Source of the DNA: Octopus sinensis
Taxonomy: Eukaryota
NCBI RefSeq assembly: GCF_006345805.1
Contig: NC_042999.1
Span: forward strand, 71,052,001-71,116,000
Length of the DNA: 64,000 bases
Direction of reading: 5' to 3'
The notes beneath the pieces were generated by a model. That model worked only from the letters and a program-made list of their open reading frames with translations, had not been told where the DNA came from and searched no databases. The translations under genes and the position numbers were made by a program. Below, piece by piece: positions 40,554 through 56,094 of this stretch; the first letter of the stretch is position 1; every line of letters begins with the position of its first letter.

Positions 40554-40616
40554 TTTGAGAACGTTACGTTTCTAGATCAGCCAAATAAAATTCGACATTT
40601 CTTTCGTCAGCCCAAA
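40554..40616 (-). ncRNA. Type I hammerhead ribozyme
   Basis: UUUGGG-CUGACGA-AAGA..GUCGAAU/AUUUGGC..UCUA-GAAA-CG UAA CG-UU-CUCAAA. Confidence 0.65.
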
Positions 40617-41116
40617 ATTTCTTAATTTGGATTTGGAAACACTGAAAGTAGGAACATACCCTTTTGGCGACTTAACACCTCAGATGACCCGTTCAAACTG
40701 ACAGTGCCAACAAATTCAAAATATGCAAGCGAAGAATTCCTGCTCTCCCCTTCCACCCACGTGGGCTAAACTAGCAAACACCATATTTTAGCGGTGAAAA
40801 CCGAGGCAATAAACAGAGAGAAACGAACTACAATCCCAACAATCGAGGGCAAAATTAATTAGTTATTAATCAATCTCACCAAGTATTCAGCATGCAAAAG
40901 GACCATCTAAGGCGAATTCAAAACATTACATTATACAAAAGGGCTTAGTAAAATAAATTACTTTGCCACACACTGAACTCATTAGAAATAGCAGCCCAAA
41001 AAGTTTTTTAGCTATTTCTAATACTTAAAGAAAATTTCTCTCAGATAGTGTTTACTCAAAACAACCCACGAAGGCATGGGGGTAAAAACATTAAAAAATC
41101 ACAAGTGCAAAGATTA

Positions 41117-41174
41117 TTTGAGAACGTTACGTTTCTAGATCAGCCAAATAAAATTCGACATTTCTTTCGTCAGC

Positions 41175-41176
<2 letters not shown>
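41117..41176 (-). ncRNA. Second hammerhead copy at the element boundary
   Basis: Same core as 40554-40616; stem I truncated to GGG by the (AT)n junction. Confidence 0.6.
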
Positions 41177-41239
<63 letters not shown>

Positions 41240-42166
41240 TAATTAAGGTGGCTATATATATTAATAATTAAGGTGGCTATATATATATATATAATAATAA
41301 TTAAGGTGGCTAAACGCAATTCAAAACCAAAAAGGAAACAATTTACCGTCACTAAACAGTGACGAAGGGTTAGGTAGGAATATTATTTAGAATATCTGTA
41401 CTAACAATGCCTCCTTGTTTCAGTCGGGTTTATGAACCTAATTGAAGTTTTTTTTAATTAGATTTATTCTCATGGCCTATCAAAGTGAAATTTCGTTGGC
41501 TGCGGTTAAGCGGTGCATTTCTATTGGTTATATTCAAATAGGAAATATTTCTATCTTCACAGATATTATTCAGTACATTTCCTGAAGATATTTTATACCT
41601 GTTAATGATGTTGATATGAAACGGTTAAAAATAGCTTTATCAATTTCATGTGCGTTCTAATATTTGTTAGAATGTACTGAGCTTAATTCTTCTGAGGAGA
41701 TCCATTTAGAGGTTGTTGAAGTTTCTAAATTTTATGCTTTTGTTTTCATTAAAATGGAAAAGGTCGTTCTCAAAAGGTTGGTGGAGGAATTCATATATTT
41801 CAAAATCGAATTTCCTTATTACTGTTTGCTATTCAAAAGGCACTTGAAACAGAGTTTCTCGGTAGATGCAGAATACGTATTTATGTATGTATGTATTATG
41901 TATGTATGTATGTATGTATGTATGTTGTATGTATGTATGTATGTATGTAGTATGTATGTATGTATAGGTATATATGTATATATATGTATATAAGATATAT
42001 ATATGTATGTACACACATATATACACACAAACACGCACACACACACACACACACATATATGCATGCAAATACATATGTATGAATATATATGTATATATGT
42101 ACGTAACATAAATATGTTTATATATATATATACATACTTTATACATGTGTGTGTATACATGTGCGC

Positions 42167-42209
<43 letters not shown>

Positions 42210-42879
42210 ATATTATATATATATATATACATACACACACACACACACAAATTGAGATGATTTAAAGATGAAAGCGAAAATGCAAGAAGCGGGATGATGA
42301 TTTTATCATAACGGCATTTTTCCTATCGAAATTTCATTTCTCTTTGAAGATATGCCGCAGGAACAATATTGTTGCGATAAAAAGACAAAAACATGTAAAT
42401 CAAATGAACAATGATATATTAACACAAACGAATACATATGTACACGAATAGTAGAAATCAAACTTAAATTTTTATAAGATCACATGATGCTATGAACTCT
42501 AGCACTGTACAATCTTGCTTTTAAGACAGTATAGCTGCATCTAATAAATTTTCGTAACGTCAATGAATCTTTTATTTTCTTTATAATTTCAACTAGTTTC
42601 TTATTTACAAATATACCTTCATATATTTAAACATATTTTTTTACTTTTTCATCAAGATTCTTTGAGTTTTGTTAACCTAATAATCATTAAGGAATTGATG
42701 TTCAATATTAAATGATTATAAGGACGAAATTAAGACAATAGAACAGATTCTGTACCGGAACTTGCACACGTAAACTGATTCATGTTCATGGGTATTTGGC
42801 TCTTTGTCTTTTTTTTATATCTAATTATTATTCATAATATCTTATATAAATTTATACTAAGATATCTTGTTTCAAGTTT

Positions 42880-43220
42880 TGGACTGGGACCATGCTGGAT
42901 TACTGTCTTGAAGGGTTTTAGTCGAACAGATGTCCCTAGTACTCTTTTTTTTTGCTATTGTCTGGTACTAATTCTAACGGCAGCTTTTGCCCAACCGTTA
43001 TGTTAGGGAGACGTAATACCTATTAAGCGGTGATACTGTGGACACACACACATACATACACACACAGCGGGTCTATATAGTTTTCATCAACCAAATTCTC
43101 TCACAAGTCATTGACTGACTCTGAACTACAATAGAAGACACTTGCCTTAGGTGCTCCGCTGGGGATGGAACCTGAGACCACGTTGTGGCAAAGCGAGCTT
43201 CTTAACCACATAGGCATGCC
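42880..43220 (-). mobile_element. Family B SINE, diverged
   Basis: gtggttaagaagctcgct...ggttccatccc...cacctaaggcaagtgtcttct head; tail similar to 14950-15010. Confidence 0.7.
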
Positions 43221-44126
43221 TGTACAGCAATGTATAATACTAATATTTGTAAAATAGTTTAATTATGTCCATGTACTACAACACATTATCACTTTTAATT
43301 TTAAGACTATACAATAAAATACCAATTAATTCAAAACTGGCGGAATTTAAGCTCAAACGCTCTGAGTTGAGAATAAATAATTCATTATACACGTACCTAT
43401 TACTTGTTAGACTCTTCTTTTGATCGTAAACTTTATACAATTATATTTGAATGTTGCCTGTGAACTTATCTGAATGACTTATATTTTCTTGCAAGCACGA
43501 AAGTAACGTCAGCTGCCAAGAAAGAACTCTACTTTGGGTAATGATACTTTGGGTATCTATTTCAATGCTATTATGTAGCCCTACCAATTATAATTGCTTC
43601 CTGTAATGTAACACACTCTTATCTGACGTTGATCAATACGGAGCTTTGGCTAATGATTATACGTTAATTGAGTGAAGCTTGTAAAAAAATCATTTACTAA
43701 AAAACCTATTTTGAGCAACAGAACTTCTACAGAATCAACAAAAAAGGGAATCTGGAATTATGTAGAATGTGTAAATATCAAATAATTGATTTGACTTTGC
43801 GAGTTTAGGTGTAGATTAGCTAAACAAATAATTTCAGTGTACTTTCATCGTCATTTTAAATAATGTAAGCTGGTCAGTAGAGAATAGAAGGTAGACGAAA
43901 AGCAAATGGAGTTTATTGAATCACAGGCAGGTTATTAGGGACAATGAAGTGTTTGTTTACGCGAAGAGAATCCACAAGAGTAAGTCTTCTTCATCGTAGT
44001 GTACACATAATATTCCCATTCAATGGCCGGAACGAATAAAAGATAAAAGATTATACATACATACATACATACATAAATACATACATACATACATACACAC
44101 ACATATATACACAAATACGCACATAT

Positions 44127-44805
44127 ATTCTTTTATTCTTTTATACGTTTTAGCCTTGAGGCTGCGGCCATACTGGGGCACCGCCAATATAATCACCTTT
44201 TAATTGGCCAATTCTATGGGATAGGCTTTTGGTGAAGGAGGGAGTTCGACACCGCTGCCCTCTTTTGAGTTTCCTGCCTTGATATTGGTTCATTTAGGAT
44301 CTTGGATAGCAAGAGATCAAGTTGTTTCTTGAAAACATCTACTCTCACTCCATGCAAATTCCTCAGATGCCTTGGGAAGGAGTTAAATAGCTGTGAGCCC
44401 TTGAATCCCAAGCTATTGCAGTACATGGTCCTCGCCTTAGGTGAAACAGCTGGGACTTTTGGAACAGTGCAGTGACGTCCATTTCGAGGTCTGGTGTAAC
44501 TTTTAGTTCCAAAGTTTGGTGTCAGCCCATCCAGTGTCTTCCGCACATATATCATTGCATATCTCTCCCGTCTTCGCTCCAGGGAGTAGAGTCGTAGCTC
44601 TTTTAGTCTCTCCCAGTAATTCAGCTGTTTCATTGACGCAATCTTCCTCGTGTGGTATCGCTGAACCGCCTCAAGTTCTGCTATTAATCCTACAATGTAA
44701 GTTGACCAGAGTTGACAGCAGTAGTCCAGACGGGTGAGAACAAATGTCACCCATAGGACCAGCATAGTTTCCTGGTCTCTTATTCTGAAGGTTTTCATAA
44801 TCCAG
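44127..44805 (-). mobile_element. 5'-truncated CR1/L2-group LINE (ORF2 C-terminus plus 3' tail)
   Basis: FVLTRLDYCCQLWS...LEAVQR...LNYWERLKELRLYSLERRRER...FKKQLD; tail ggcggtgccccagtatggccgcagcc followed by aaaagaat repeats. Confidence 0.85.
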
Positions 44806-44839
44806 AATATATATATAGCGCATCGGACAAAAATATGTA

Positions 44840-45030
44840 TATTAGCGTGTCGGACAAAAATGCTTAGCAGTATTTCTTCTGGGTTTTTACGTTCTGAGTT
44901 CAAATTTTGCCGAAGTCGAGTTTGTCTTTTATCCTTTCGGATTAATAAAATAAAGTAGCAGTTAATCACTAGGGTTGATATAATTGACTTCTCCACACTC
45001 CCAAATTGCTGGCCTTGTGCTAAAATTCGG
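44840..45030 (+). mobile_element. Family A SINE
   Basis: ggacaaaaatgcttagc...ctgagttcaaat...gctggccttgtgctaaaatt. Confidence 0.8.
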
Positions 45031-45052
45031 AAACAATGTATGTATGTATGTT

Positions 45053-45092
<40 letters not shown>

Positions 45093-46458
45093 TATATACA
45101 CACACACACAAACACACGGACGCACACACACGCTAACACACACACACACACACACAAACACATGCACATGAAGTTAAATACACAAGTGCAAAGTAACGAA
45201 ATATCTGCCATTTTGACAGGGCTTCCACTGTTACTTCGCTGTGACTTGTTATTATTTCAGGGTGCCTGTTTACAGTAAGACAGACTGCTATATTTTAGAG
45301 TCAAACGCCATAATAACGTAAACAACGGTGTATCACTGAGATAATTGCAATCTGTGACCTCTCGCCTGCTCGTCCTGTACGCTGTCAACGTGGCCTTGTA
45401 AGTTACTGGAATTGTAATTGTAAACTACATGTTGATATAATGAAGCAATATAATATGTTTGGAATTTGTGAGGTGGACTGAGGTCATGACTATATTTTGT
45501 TTTATACATGAACATAATTTTTTCTTTCATTGCTTTCCATAAAACCTGAAGGACAGTCTATCCTTGAAAGATTTGAACGCAGAATGTTGAAGGTTGCAGC
45601 CACTTAATCGGTAGCTTTCAATCCAGCGCTCTACAGTTTTAGATATTTGCCTAACAAGTTAATTTTTTGCATTCTTACAAACAATAGTTTCCATTTGATT
45701 AGGTACAAAGGTCTCATATTTTGTAAGGAGAATGAAAGTTATAACCGTTACTTTTTTAAAGCGGATATTAGTCAAAAGTCCCTCAATAAAAGTCACTTTC
45801 TTCGGTTTGTTTGGAACTTATCACTTAAAGGTGTTAAACATTTAATTCATTTAATCTACTGCTGATTACGCCTCGAATTTATCACAGATGCTGAAAGCAA
45901 ACCTATCCGGTTGAAGCATTATGAAAATTATCTGAAGGAAAGGGCCCTAACTGAATTAATCGATCGTTCTGTAATACTGCTATTCATTTTATTGATCTAC
46001 TAAAGCGATGACCGATAAAATTAGTCCCGGTGAGATTTGAAAGTGGGATTGCAATATGCTTAGTCGAACGCTTAACTGTATTTGCTACTTACATCGCACC
46101 TCTTGGCCTGTAGTAAAAACATTAATCATGTTGTATGTTCATTTGTTTACAAACAATAAAACAAGTATATTTTTAACTATATATTGGATATAAGATTATC
46201 CCAATGTATTAGATCGTTAAATGTAATAATAGCCAATTTCTTTTGACCCGGGGGCCTTCTGCAATGATAAGGTATAAAGATATCAAAACAAATTAGAAAA
46301 AGAACTGGAAGATGGAAATATAATAATTATTTTCCTAGGATATCTGACAAGTGACATGTGTGGTTCGTTTGAAAAGTATTTCTATTTTAAGTGGAAAATA
46401 TCTAATATAATTTAGTTGGGCAGCATAGATGCATCGCACATGATTCTAGCTGCATATA

Positions 46459-46549
46459 AAGGTATGTGCGTATGAAGGTATGTGCGTATGAAGGTATGTG
46501 CGTATGAAGGTATGTGCGTATGAAGGTATGTGCGTATGAAGGTATGTGC
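46459..46549. repeat. 16-bp tandem repeat (aaggtatgtgcgtatg), ~5.6 copies
   Basis: Directly visible. Confidence 0.95.
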
Positions 46550-46629
46550 AAGAGTTCGATCTCCCCATTAGTGTCGATAACCACAAGTATCCTATACAAG
46601 CGCCAGTACGAAGTAACAGGGCACAAGAA

Positions 46630-47440
46630 TTTTAAAAGCTGTCATGAACATGAAATATTTTACAAAACGTTTTACTTTAAGGACGGTTTTCATTCGGGGA
46701 ACAAAAACGTTGCAGGGAACAAGATTGGGTGAATAGGGAGGGTGGGTAAACGGGAACTTGGCCTTTTCCGACAAAAACTGTCTCACACTCAAGGCGGTGT
46801 GCGAAGGTGCATTGTCGTAATGAAACCACTACTCTCCACTTTGCCACTGGTCGGGGGATTTTCGTCTCGCCGTGTCTCGCAAACATTTCAGAACTGTCAA
46901 GTAAAATGTGTGGTTAACAGTTTGACCAGGAGGAACAAATTCTGTGTGGGCAATTCCTTTCACAAGGAACAAATCAGCATCGTCTTGACATTGGGCTTCA
47001 CTTGACGCACTTTTGCGGGGCGAGGCGACATTGAATGCTTCCCTTGACTTGATTGCTGCTTCGCTTCCGAGTCGTAGCCGTAGCACCAGTGATGACCTTA
47101 GAAAAAAAGGTTCCGATCAACTTCCAACTGTTCTTTCAGTTCAGACACGCATTCAGTCGTGACTGATTTTGATATTCTGTGAGCAAGTAAGGCACAAATT
47201 TTGCTGCAACACTTTTCATTCACTATTCCTCGCTCAAAATTCGTTGTCAGGAGTTCCAGAACATATCAGTAATATTAACAAGTTCGTCAATTGTTCGGCG
47301 AGGGTACTACAAGATCAGTTTCCATTCGTTCGGGAGATCGATGGTCGCCCTGAACAAGATTGATCTTCAAGCGACAAGTGACCATTCCTAAAATGTGAAA
47401 ACCACTTATCAACTTGTGTTTTGCTCATGGTAGCGTCCCT
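46630..47440 (-). pseudogene. Degraded mariner transposase
   Basis: KGIAHTEFVPPGQTVNHTFYL, a DNAP-like motif, VRQFL, THPPYSPNLVPCN; many frameshifts. Confidence 0.85.
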
Positions 47441-47519
47441 GTAAGCTGGTTGTGTTGTGGTGAAATCCTGATACCCCTGAAGGATAGCAAATCAACTGTC
47501 CTAAACCGTATATAGGTGC

Positions 47520-48875
47520 ATGTGCACTAAGGACAGTGTGGTGTGTACTCTCTCGTGTTACGGTCAGTAGATTATTTTGAAGGTTTATTTGTTATTTGAC
47601 GTTGAATTTTGTTGCAGGTTTTCCCATTTGGGAATCCCTTTGTTGAAAAATTGTTTGTCTTCTGTTGTATCCCCCGTTTAGGGGCGAATCGCTTACATTC
47701 TGTGTAAGATATGTCTACAGAAAATGGAAGACGATTTTCGTACAAGCTAATGGAAAGCGAAATTGATTCGGAATATACCAGTGATTCTGGTGAAAGCAAT
47801 GATTGTTACGCAGTGGGAAGGTACTTTAAGCGCTATAACATCAGGCCAGAAACTGTAAGAGAGTTCCAGACAATAGTACAGAGGGAAGGAAAAAACGTAA
47901 GGTTGTCTCCTCCCGAGAAGGTCATGGAAAATACGAGAAGAAAAATAGTAGTATACAGGACGCTATCTCTAAAGACCAAAAAGAGATAGATAGCGTATAT
48001 AGAGGAAATTGAGAAGGTGCTGAAGCCTCTCATGTACAAGATAGCCTTTTTGAGAAGAGGGAAGAAATACGGCACTGTAGAAGCGCAGTTTTTCACCGAG
48101 AGCGATGCCAGGGTCGATTCAGCGATAGCCCTGCAAACCGGAAAACTAGCTCTTTTGCCAACTTACTTAGGCAAAAGAACCACTAAAATATCAATAGAAA
48201 GATTTCCCCAGAAATATAACCAGAATGGCTCCTGGCAGCAGTATTCACAAAGATAAAGGAGGAGGTTACTTTAATGGAACTCGAGGAAAGAAGTGTCCAG
48301 AACTGGCGTGGCAAGAGTATAAGAGCGACAATTCAAGCCACACCGGAGGACATCAACGGGATGCCGGATTTTATCATCCTTCCAGATGATTTAAAGTTGA
48401 AAGTAATGGTACAGGAGGAAGAGAAAAGAACGGGTGAGCTCCTCTCCAGAGAGCCAAAAAGGGTTGAAAGAGATTGAGATGGAGGAGAAGAGAAACATGT
48501 GCGAGACACCAACAGAATTAATAATGGAAGATGGCACAGAGGCAGAAACATCATTACAACAGGATGTGGAAGGCAGCAGCGTTATTGACTTTTTACAGGT
48601 CCAGACAGCCCAGGTCCGGAGCCGAAGCAAGCGGAGGTGAAAAGAAAAAAAGTACAAGTGGTATATGGTCACGTATACCAAAAGTACAGCAATAGAACGA
48701 TTACAAAATTTTAGTCAATCACGAGAGCAAGGTTGCCTACGGAAAAATACTCGGAAAAAAATCAAAGGAATAATCATCGATAAAGAAAGATTCGAGAAAT
48801 TAAAAGAACTATTTGGAAGTAGCATAGACCTGTTGGTGGTTGAAATCGAGTTCGACGATTTAAAACAACAAGATC
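47520..48875 (+). mobile_element. Tx1-like 5' UTR plus ORF1-only fragment from a divergent family
   Basis: IEKVLKPL...F.TE..AR...L...L.PTYLGKRTTKI...W and QNWRGK...EDI..MPD.I...DD.KL.V align with the ORF1 at 23960-24370; knuckle missing; no ORF2. Confidence 0.65.
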
Positions 48876-49033
48876 GACCACAGTACGAAACTGGTACTTA
48901 ATTTTATCGACCCCAAAAGGAAGAAAGGAAAAGTCGACGTGGGCGGAATTTGAACATCAGAACGTAAAGACGGAACAAAAACCGCTAAGTATGTCGCCCG
49001 CCGTCTTAACGTTTTTGCCAGCTCGCCACCTTA
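48875..49033 (-). mobile_element. Family A SINE (reverse strand)
   Basis: ctggtacttaattttatcgacccc...ttgccagctcgccacctt is the reverse complement of the family A head and core. Confidence 0.8.
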
Positions 49034-49432
49034 AGAATCTAAGTGAAATATTGGCAATGTAATCTCCAGTTCTTCGAATCTTTACCCACCCTTCTTACGG
49101 CATAAAGGAACAATTACAGAAAACATGTTATTAAAACAACAATAACAAAAACTTCGTAAAGAACTGTTGTAGTTTCTCCTTTAAAACTTCCATTTAATTC
49201 GAAGTAAAGTGACAAAATGGCTTCAACTTCAATTGGACTGAGATTGGAAAATTTGTCCATTTTGAAATTCAGGAGATCAATTAGCATTCAGTTCGACGTA
49301 TGTCTCCTCGTAGCAACACTTTTTTCCAGTATAATCGGTAAAATTCTCAGAAATTGTACCCCGTCCAAATACTAGTTTTGGAAAATACAACATACACATC
49401 CATACCTATCGACATTTATCCACAAAGGCACG

Positions 49433-49477
<45 letters not shown>

Positions 49478-50517
49478 CACACACACACACACACATATAT
49501 ACATACATATCCAGATGAACATACACACCCGTATACAAGATCACTCACTCATATGAACACAAGAACACGCATTCACTCACTCACTGAAATATACCCAGAC
49601 ACACACACACACGCACACACAGTGACAGACACTTGTGCGCGCTCACACACACAGGTACTTGGGCGTGCACACACAGAGACAGTGTCGTACGTGCACACAC
49701 ATACACACACGAAATAAATTATATAAATTCAAATGGTATATAATTCAATTTAAAAGTGAAAATGTCATTAAAAACCCAAGGGAGAAACATAGTGAGTTAA
49801 AAAAACATTCAGTATTTGGGGGAAAGAGAATATTTACAGTATTGTAACTTGATGAAAAAGATAACATACTAGCACAACAAAACTGACGGTTGTATAAACT
49901 CAGTAGGTGTAAAACATTTTAAAGAACAAACGATAGTTGCTATTGATAAAACTCAGTAGTCATTCTGTTAAAGGTGTGTTATATCGTAAATAATCGGTTT
50001 AGCTAGAATATAAGATAAAATCTTGTATTTGAAAACTGTCAAATAAAGAAACTTGCCCTATATTTGAGACCGTATAGATAGAATCATTACCAGTCCTTAC
50101 AGAATATAAAAATGGTTTTATTAGGGCAATGATCTCAAGTCTTATCTTAATGTAAAAATACTCAGGGAAGGAGGTTCAGTGCTCATGGCCATATTCTGGC
50201 TCTCCAAATCAAGTGAAATGTTTTACAGTTGTTACAAAACCTGGTTATAGGACCGATAGTATTATTAAATTGAACAGGATGCTAAATCTACCATCCAAAA
50301 AAGTGTCATTTCCTATTTAAAAAGCAAATACTGGAAAATCCCCACCTGATTTTATATTGAAGTATATACCAGTATGTTTCTATGAAGATGTGTATGAGTT
50401 TCAAGAATCAATTCTTAACGTTGGCTCATTACGTTAATTAAATAAGTGAAATACATCTTTAGAGAAGGACTCGTTCTATCTCAGGTTACCTTACCAGGTT
50501 ATTCCTGAGAGCTAAGT

Positions 50518-51082
50518 CAGGGCTCGGGAAACTTTTTTAACCAATTCCCCCAGGATATATTTATTTATGCCGACGTTACCCCCTTGATTTGAAAGGAAGA
50601 AAATCATAGATTCTTTGAATTCAAAAGGTTTGCAGAATCTATTTATATGGAGAATACAATTATAAATATAAGAAGTATAAAACAAATGCGTTAAAATAAA
50701 TTAATATCCTCATTATGAAGCAAAAGGATTTTTCTAGAAACTTCTTCACTTCAGGTTTTGGAGAAATGATATTTCATTTTTGTTACAATTACATCAGAAT
50801 TGGGTCATTTTGATGCCAGAACAATTTAAAAACAGTGATCCAGTCGATTACTCTGCTCTGTTTTTATGTTCATGAGAGTGAAAAATCCTTGTTCGTAAAG
50901 GTAGGGTGTTGCAAAAGGCAGCGACCTTTTGTCTGCCTCCTCATGCCAGAAGAAAAAAATCTGACGTAACAAGAAACACGTTTTTTTATATATTTTTACT
51001 TATGTCCAATGAGTCCTAATTACCCCCAAGAATTTCATTTTCCCCTTACTTGGGGTAATTTACTCTTGTTCACCGACCATTG
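50518..51082. mobile_element. Non-autonomous hAT element (MITE), 565 bp
   Basis: Exact 8-bp TSD agctaagt (50510-50517 and 51083-51090); imperfect TIRs cagggctcgggaaac / gttcaccgaccattg. Confidence 0.8.
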
Positions 51083-51523
51083 AGCTAAGTGAGCAGAAGT
51101 ATGTAGAATTAAGTGCATTGCCGATATAGCACTTCTAGTAGATTTGAACTCAAGATCTTTGAACTAGTTCTTCATACCATACCAGTTTGTCATTTAACTT
51201 CTACATATAACGAAATGCTAACCATTAAATTTCGAAGTAACAATATTACCATAGCTGTCTCCTTTTCTCTTACTCTACATGATTTTATTCCAGGTGTAGA
51301 GAGGGCAGGTGTAAAAAGAATTTGGTTGACAAAAGATAAAGAATGAAGTCAATTTTTTCTGGTCGTCCATGGATATCTATGAAGAGGGGATGTGTTGCAA
51401 AAAAATGGTATTTTAAATATTGAATAAAGTATTGAACGCGTTTTTATTTGAGATGGTTGGAGATAGAAAGAAATCTAAAAAGAAAGAAGTCTATGAGGCG
51501 GTGATGATAAGAGGGTATGAGGA

Positions 51524-51580
<57 letters not shown>

Positions 51581-51643
51581 TATGTGAAATAGAAAGATGA
51601 ATAATCTTGTAGTAGATTAATCAAAAGTTAATCTTCAATTCAC

Positions 51644-51682
<39 letters not shown>

Positions 51683-53695
51683 AGAGGGAGAGAGAGAGAG
51701 AGAAAGATAGCGTGATAGCGGCGAAAGAGATATTAAAAATATAAACATAATGCTAGATCTGCTTAAAATAAAAGTTGAATTATATTAAACTGTCTCTTAG
51801 CTAGAGTCTACTTCTTCGTGAATGTCTGCATAGGGTGATGATAAGAGCAAATGTCACGTAAACAATTAAATTTTATATATGGAATGAAGCTGAGTGCATT
51901 ATCATTTTCAGCAGATGCACATGGAAAGAAATGTGAATAAATAAATATATAAAATGTTGAAAAGCATTAACAATATATGTATATAATTATTTTAAAACTA
52001 AATTAAAACAAATCGGTGCTGTATCCTCTGTTGATTATATAATAGAAAATCTTAGCTTGAAACGATATACAATAGTAATATATAATAATAATGTACGTGT
52101 TTTTGTGGGCGTTCATTCTGCAGTTTTCATGTTTACTCGGCAATAACAAGCAGACGTATATTCAGTAAGATACCTCCTACAAATATTTCTTTGCCTGTTG
52201 TTTAGCATATACTAGTTCAGTAGTTATGTAAACATGACATCCGTTAAAATTTCTTCTCGATTTGACAAGACTAATAGAAAATCAAATAGAAATCATTCAA
52301 TTATCACAAACCATTTCCTCATTAAATTTGGGTTTTTAACCAAACACTCTTAGATTTCTATACGAGAAAACTAATTAAACTTTAAATACAAATGTTAAGT
52401 TAATGAGTAAATTATTTTGAAATAAGTTTTCCAGAAAATCTGAGATAACAGCATTTGAATATTAAGCTATCTACGGGTTCCTTACAATTGAAGCTATACC
52501 AATTATGCAGTGCTATAAAAGTTTAACATGCATTTTCTTTTCTTTCACGATTTAGTCAGAAGATAGAGCAACACCCATGCCATTTTTTAATGTATGCAAA
52601 ACTGGCAGGATGAAAGGATAGAATACCTGCTAAAGGAAACTAAACACCAAGCAGTGGTGCACATCTAGGTGATACATTAAGTTAACTATCTAAGAAGAAA
52701 TCGATCCCTTCAATGAACTTCCCATAAAGTTTCCGTCGGCCAAAGTTCACTCATATGACTTTGGACATCTCGAGGATATGGTAGAAGATACAAGCCGAAG
52801 GTGGTGTGCAGTGGAATTGTGACCGAAAATACATTGTTACGAAGTAAGCCCAACCACGCATTCATGTCAGAAGAGAGGTACAATAGAGCGTTTGAGTGAA
52901 CGTTGCTTATGCTAGAAATAGCTATCAATTATCCTTCAAACCACACCCTACCGTCTTAATAGGAGAAAGGATGTATTGTCTAAATTGTTCTTAGGTGTGC
53001 TATGTCTAAGTAAAAGTAATGACGGTCACGACAGAAACGCCCTTGATTATATATCTGCTCTGTCGGAACTGATCAAAAGCAAAACAACAACTACTACAAG
53101 AGCAAAACAGCTATGAGAGATTTCAAAGAAAAGCCAATACATTATCTACAGTGACATTACAAGCAATATCTCTACGGTTATGAACTAGCAATATAGGATT
53201 TCAACCCACTATAAAAAAGAAGGTAAGTCACGAAGTGCATAACACATTCTTTACGTTTCCATTGTTCAAACTGTTAGAACTCCTTCAAATTATGTACATT
53301 TCAATAAAATGGTCATGAAACGGCCATAAATGGCTGTAAGATCTCAAAATAGAAATAATTCCCGATTTTCAACTTACAAAAGGTTAAACCGAAGAATTTC
53401 TGCAATAAACGAATTAAGGCAGTTGTGACATTTTATTTCACCTTATTCTAATCTTTAACCATCAAATTTCTTATGTGTCAGATCTAAAGCAAATCCAATT
53501 TCGATTAAATCTTCCGTAAATAATCGTCATTCCAAATGCAATTCATATAAAGAATAGAATAGAAGCAAGACGGTAATAACACCATTCACCTGCATAAAGT
53601 GATAAAATATCGTTGACTACAATAGAGTTAGCTACACATTTGTTTAAATATATTTCTACTTACTAACACTACACTAGAACACACACACATGAACA

Positions 53696-53913
<218 letters not shown>

Positions 53914-54024
53914 ATTTATATAATATGAGTGAATATTATTCCAAACTTAATTAGATATAATATGTAATATTTCTAAATGTATAATTTAATTTTTCATTAT
54001 TGAATTGATAAAAGGTGTTTTTTG

Positions 54025-55792
<1,768 letters not shown>

Positions 55793-56004
55793 GTATATGT
55801 ATATATATATAAATACACACACACACATATTTATATATATCGTAATTCCTCTTACATTTTCATAACTACTAATACTACAAGTAGAATAGCTGCTTAACCG
55901 CTATACTGGAAGCAGACTGGGCTATGATAATCTACTTGACCTCTAAACTTAACAAAGGCAATCATACATCTATTTGTAAACACGAGATACACTATATATA
56001 TATA

Positions 56005-56094
<90 letters not shown>

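Larger units (their letters stand above)
40366..41176 (-). mobile_element. Tandem pLTR/retrozyme-like element (family H4), 564-bp unit, 1.4 copies, within (AT)n
   Basis: 40366-40613 repeated almost exactly at 40930-41176; (AT)n on both sides; hammerhead in each repeat. Confidence 0.75.

Noticed and set aside
44214-45167. 317-aa ORF as a single gene
   Set aside because: Chimeric read-through of microsatellite, antisense SINE and LINE ORF2 C-terminus
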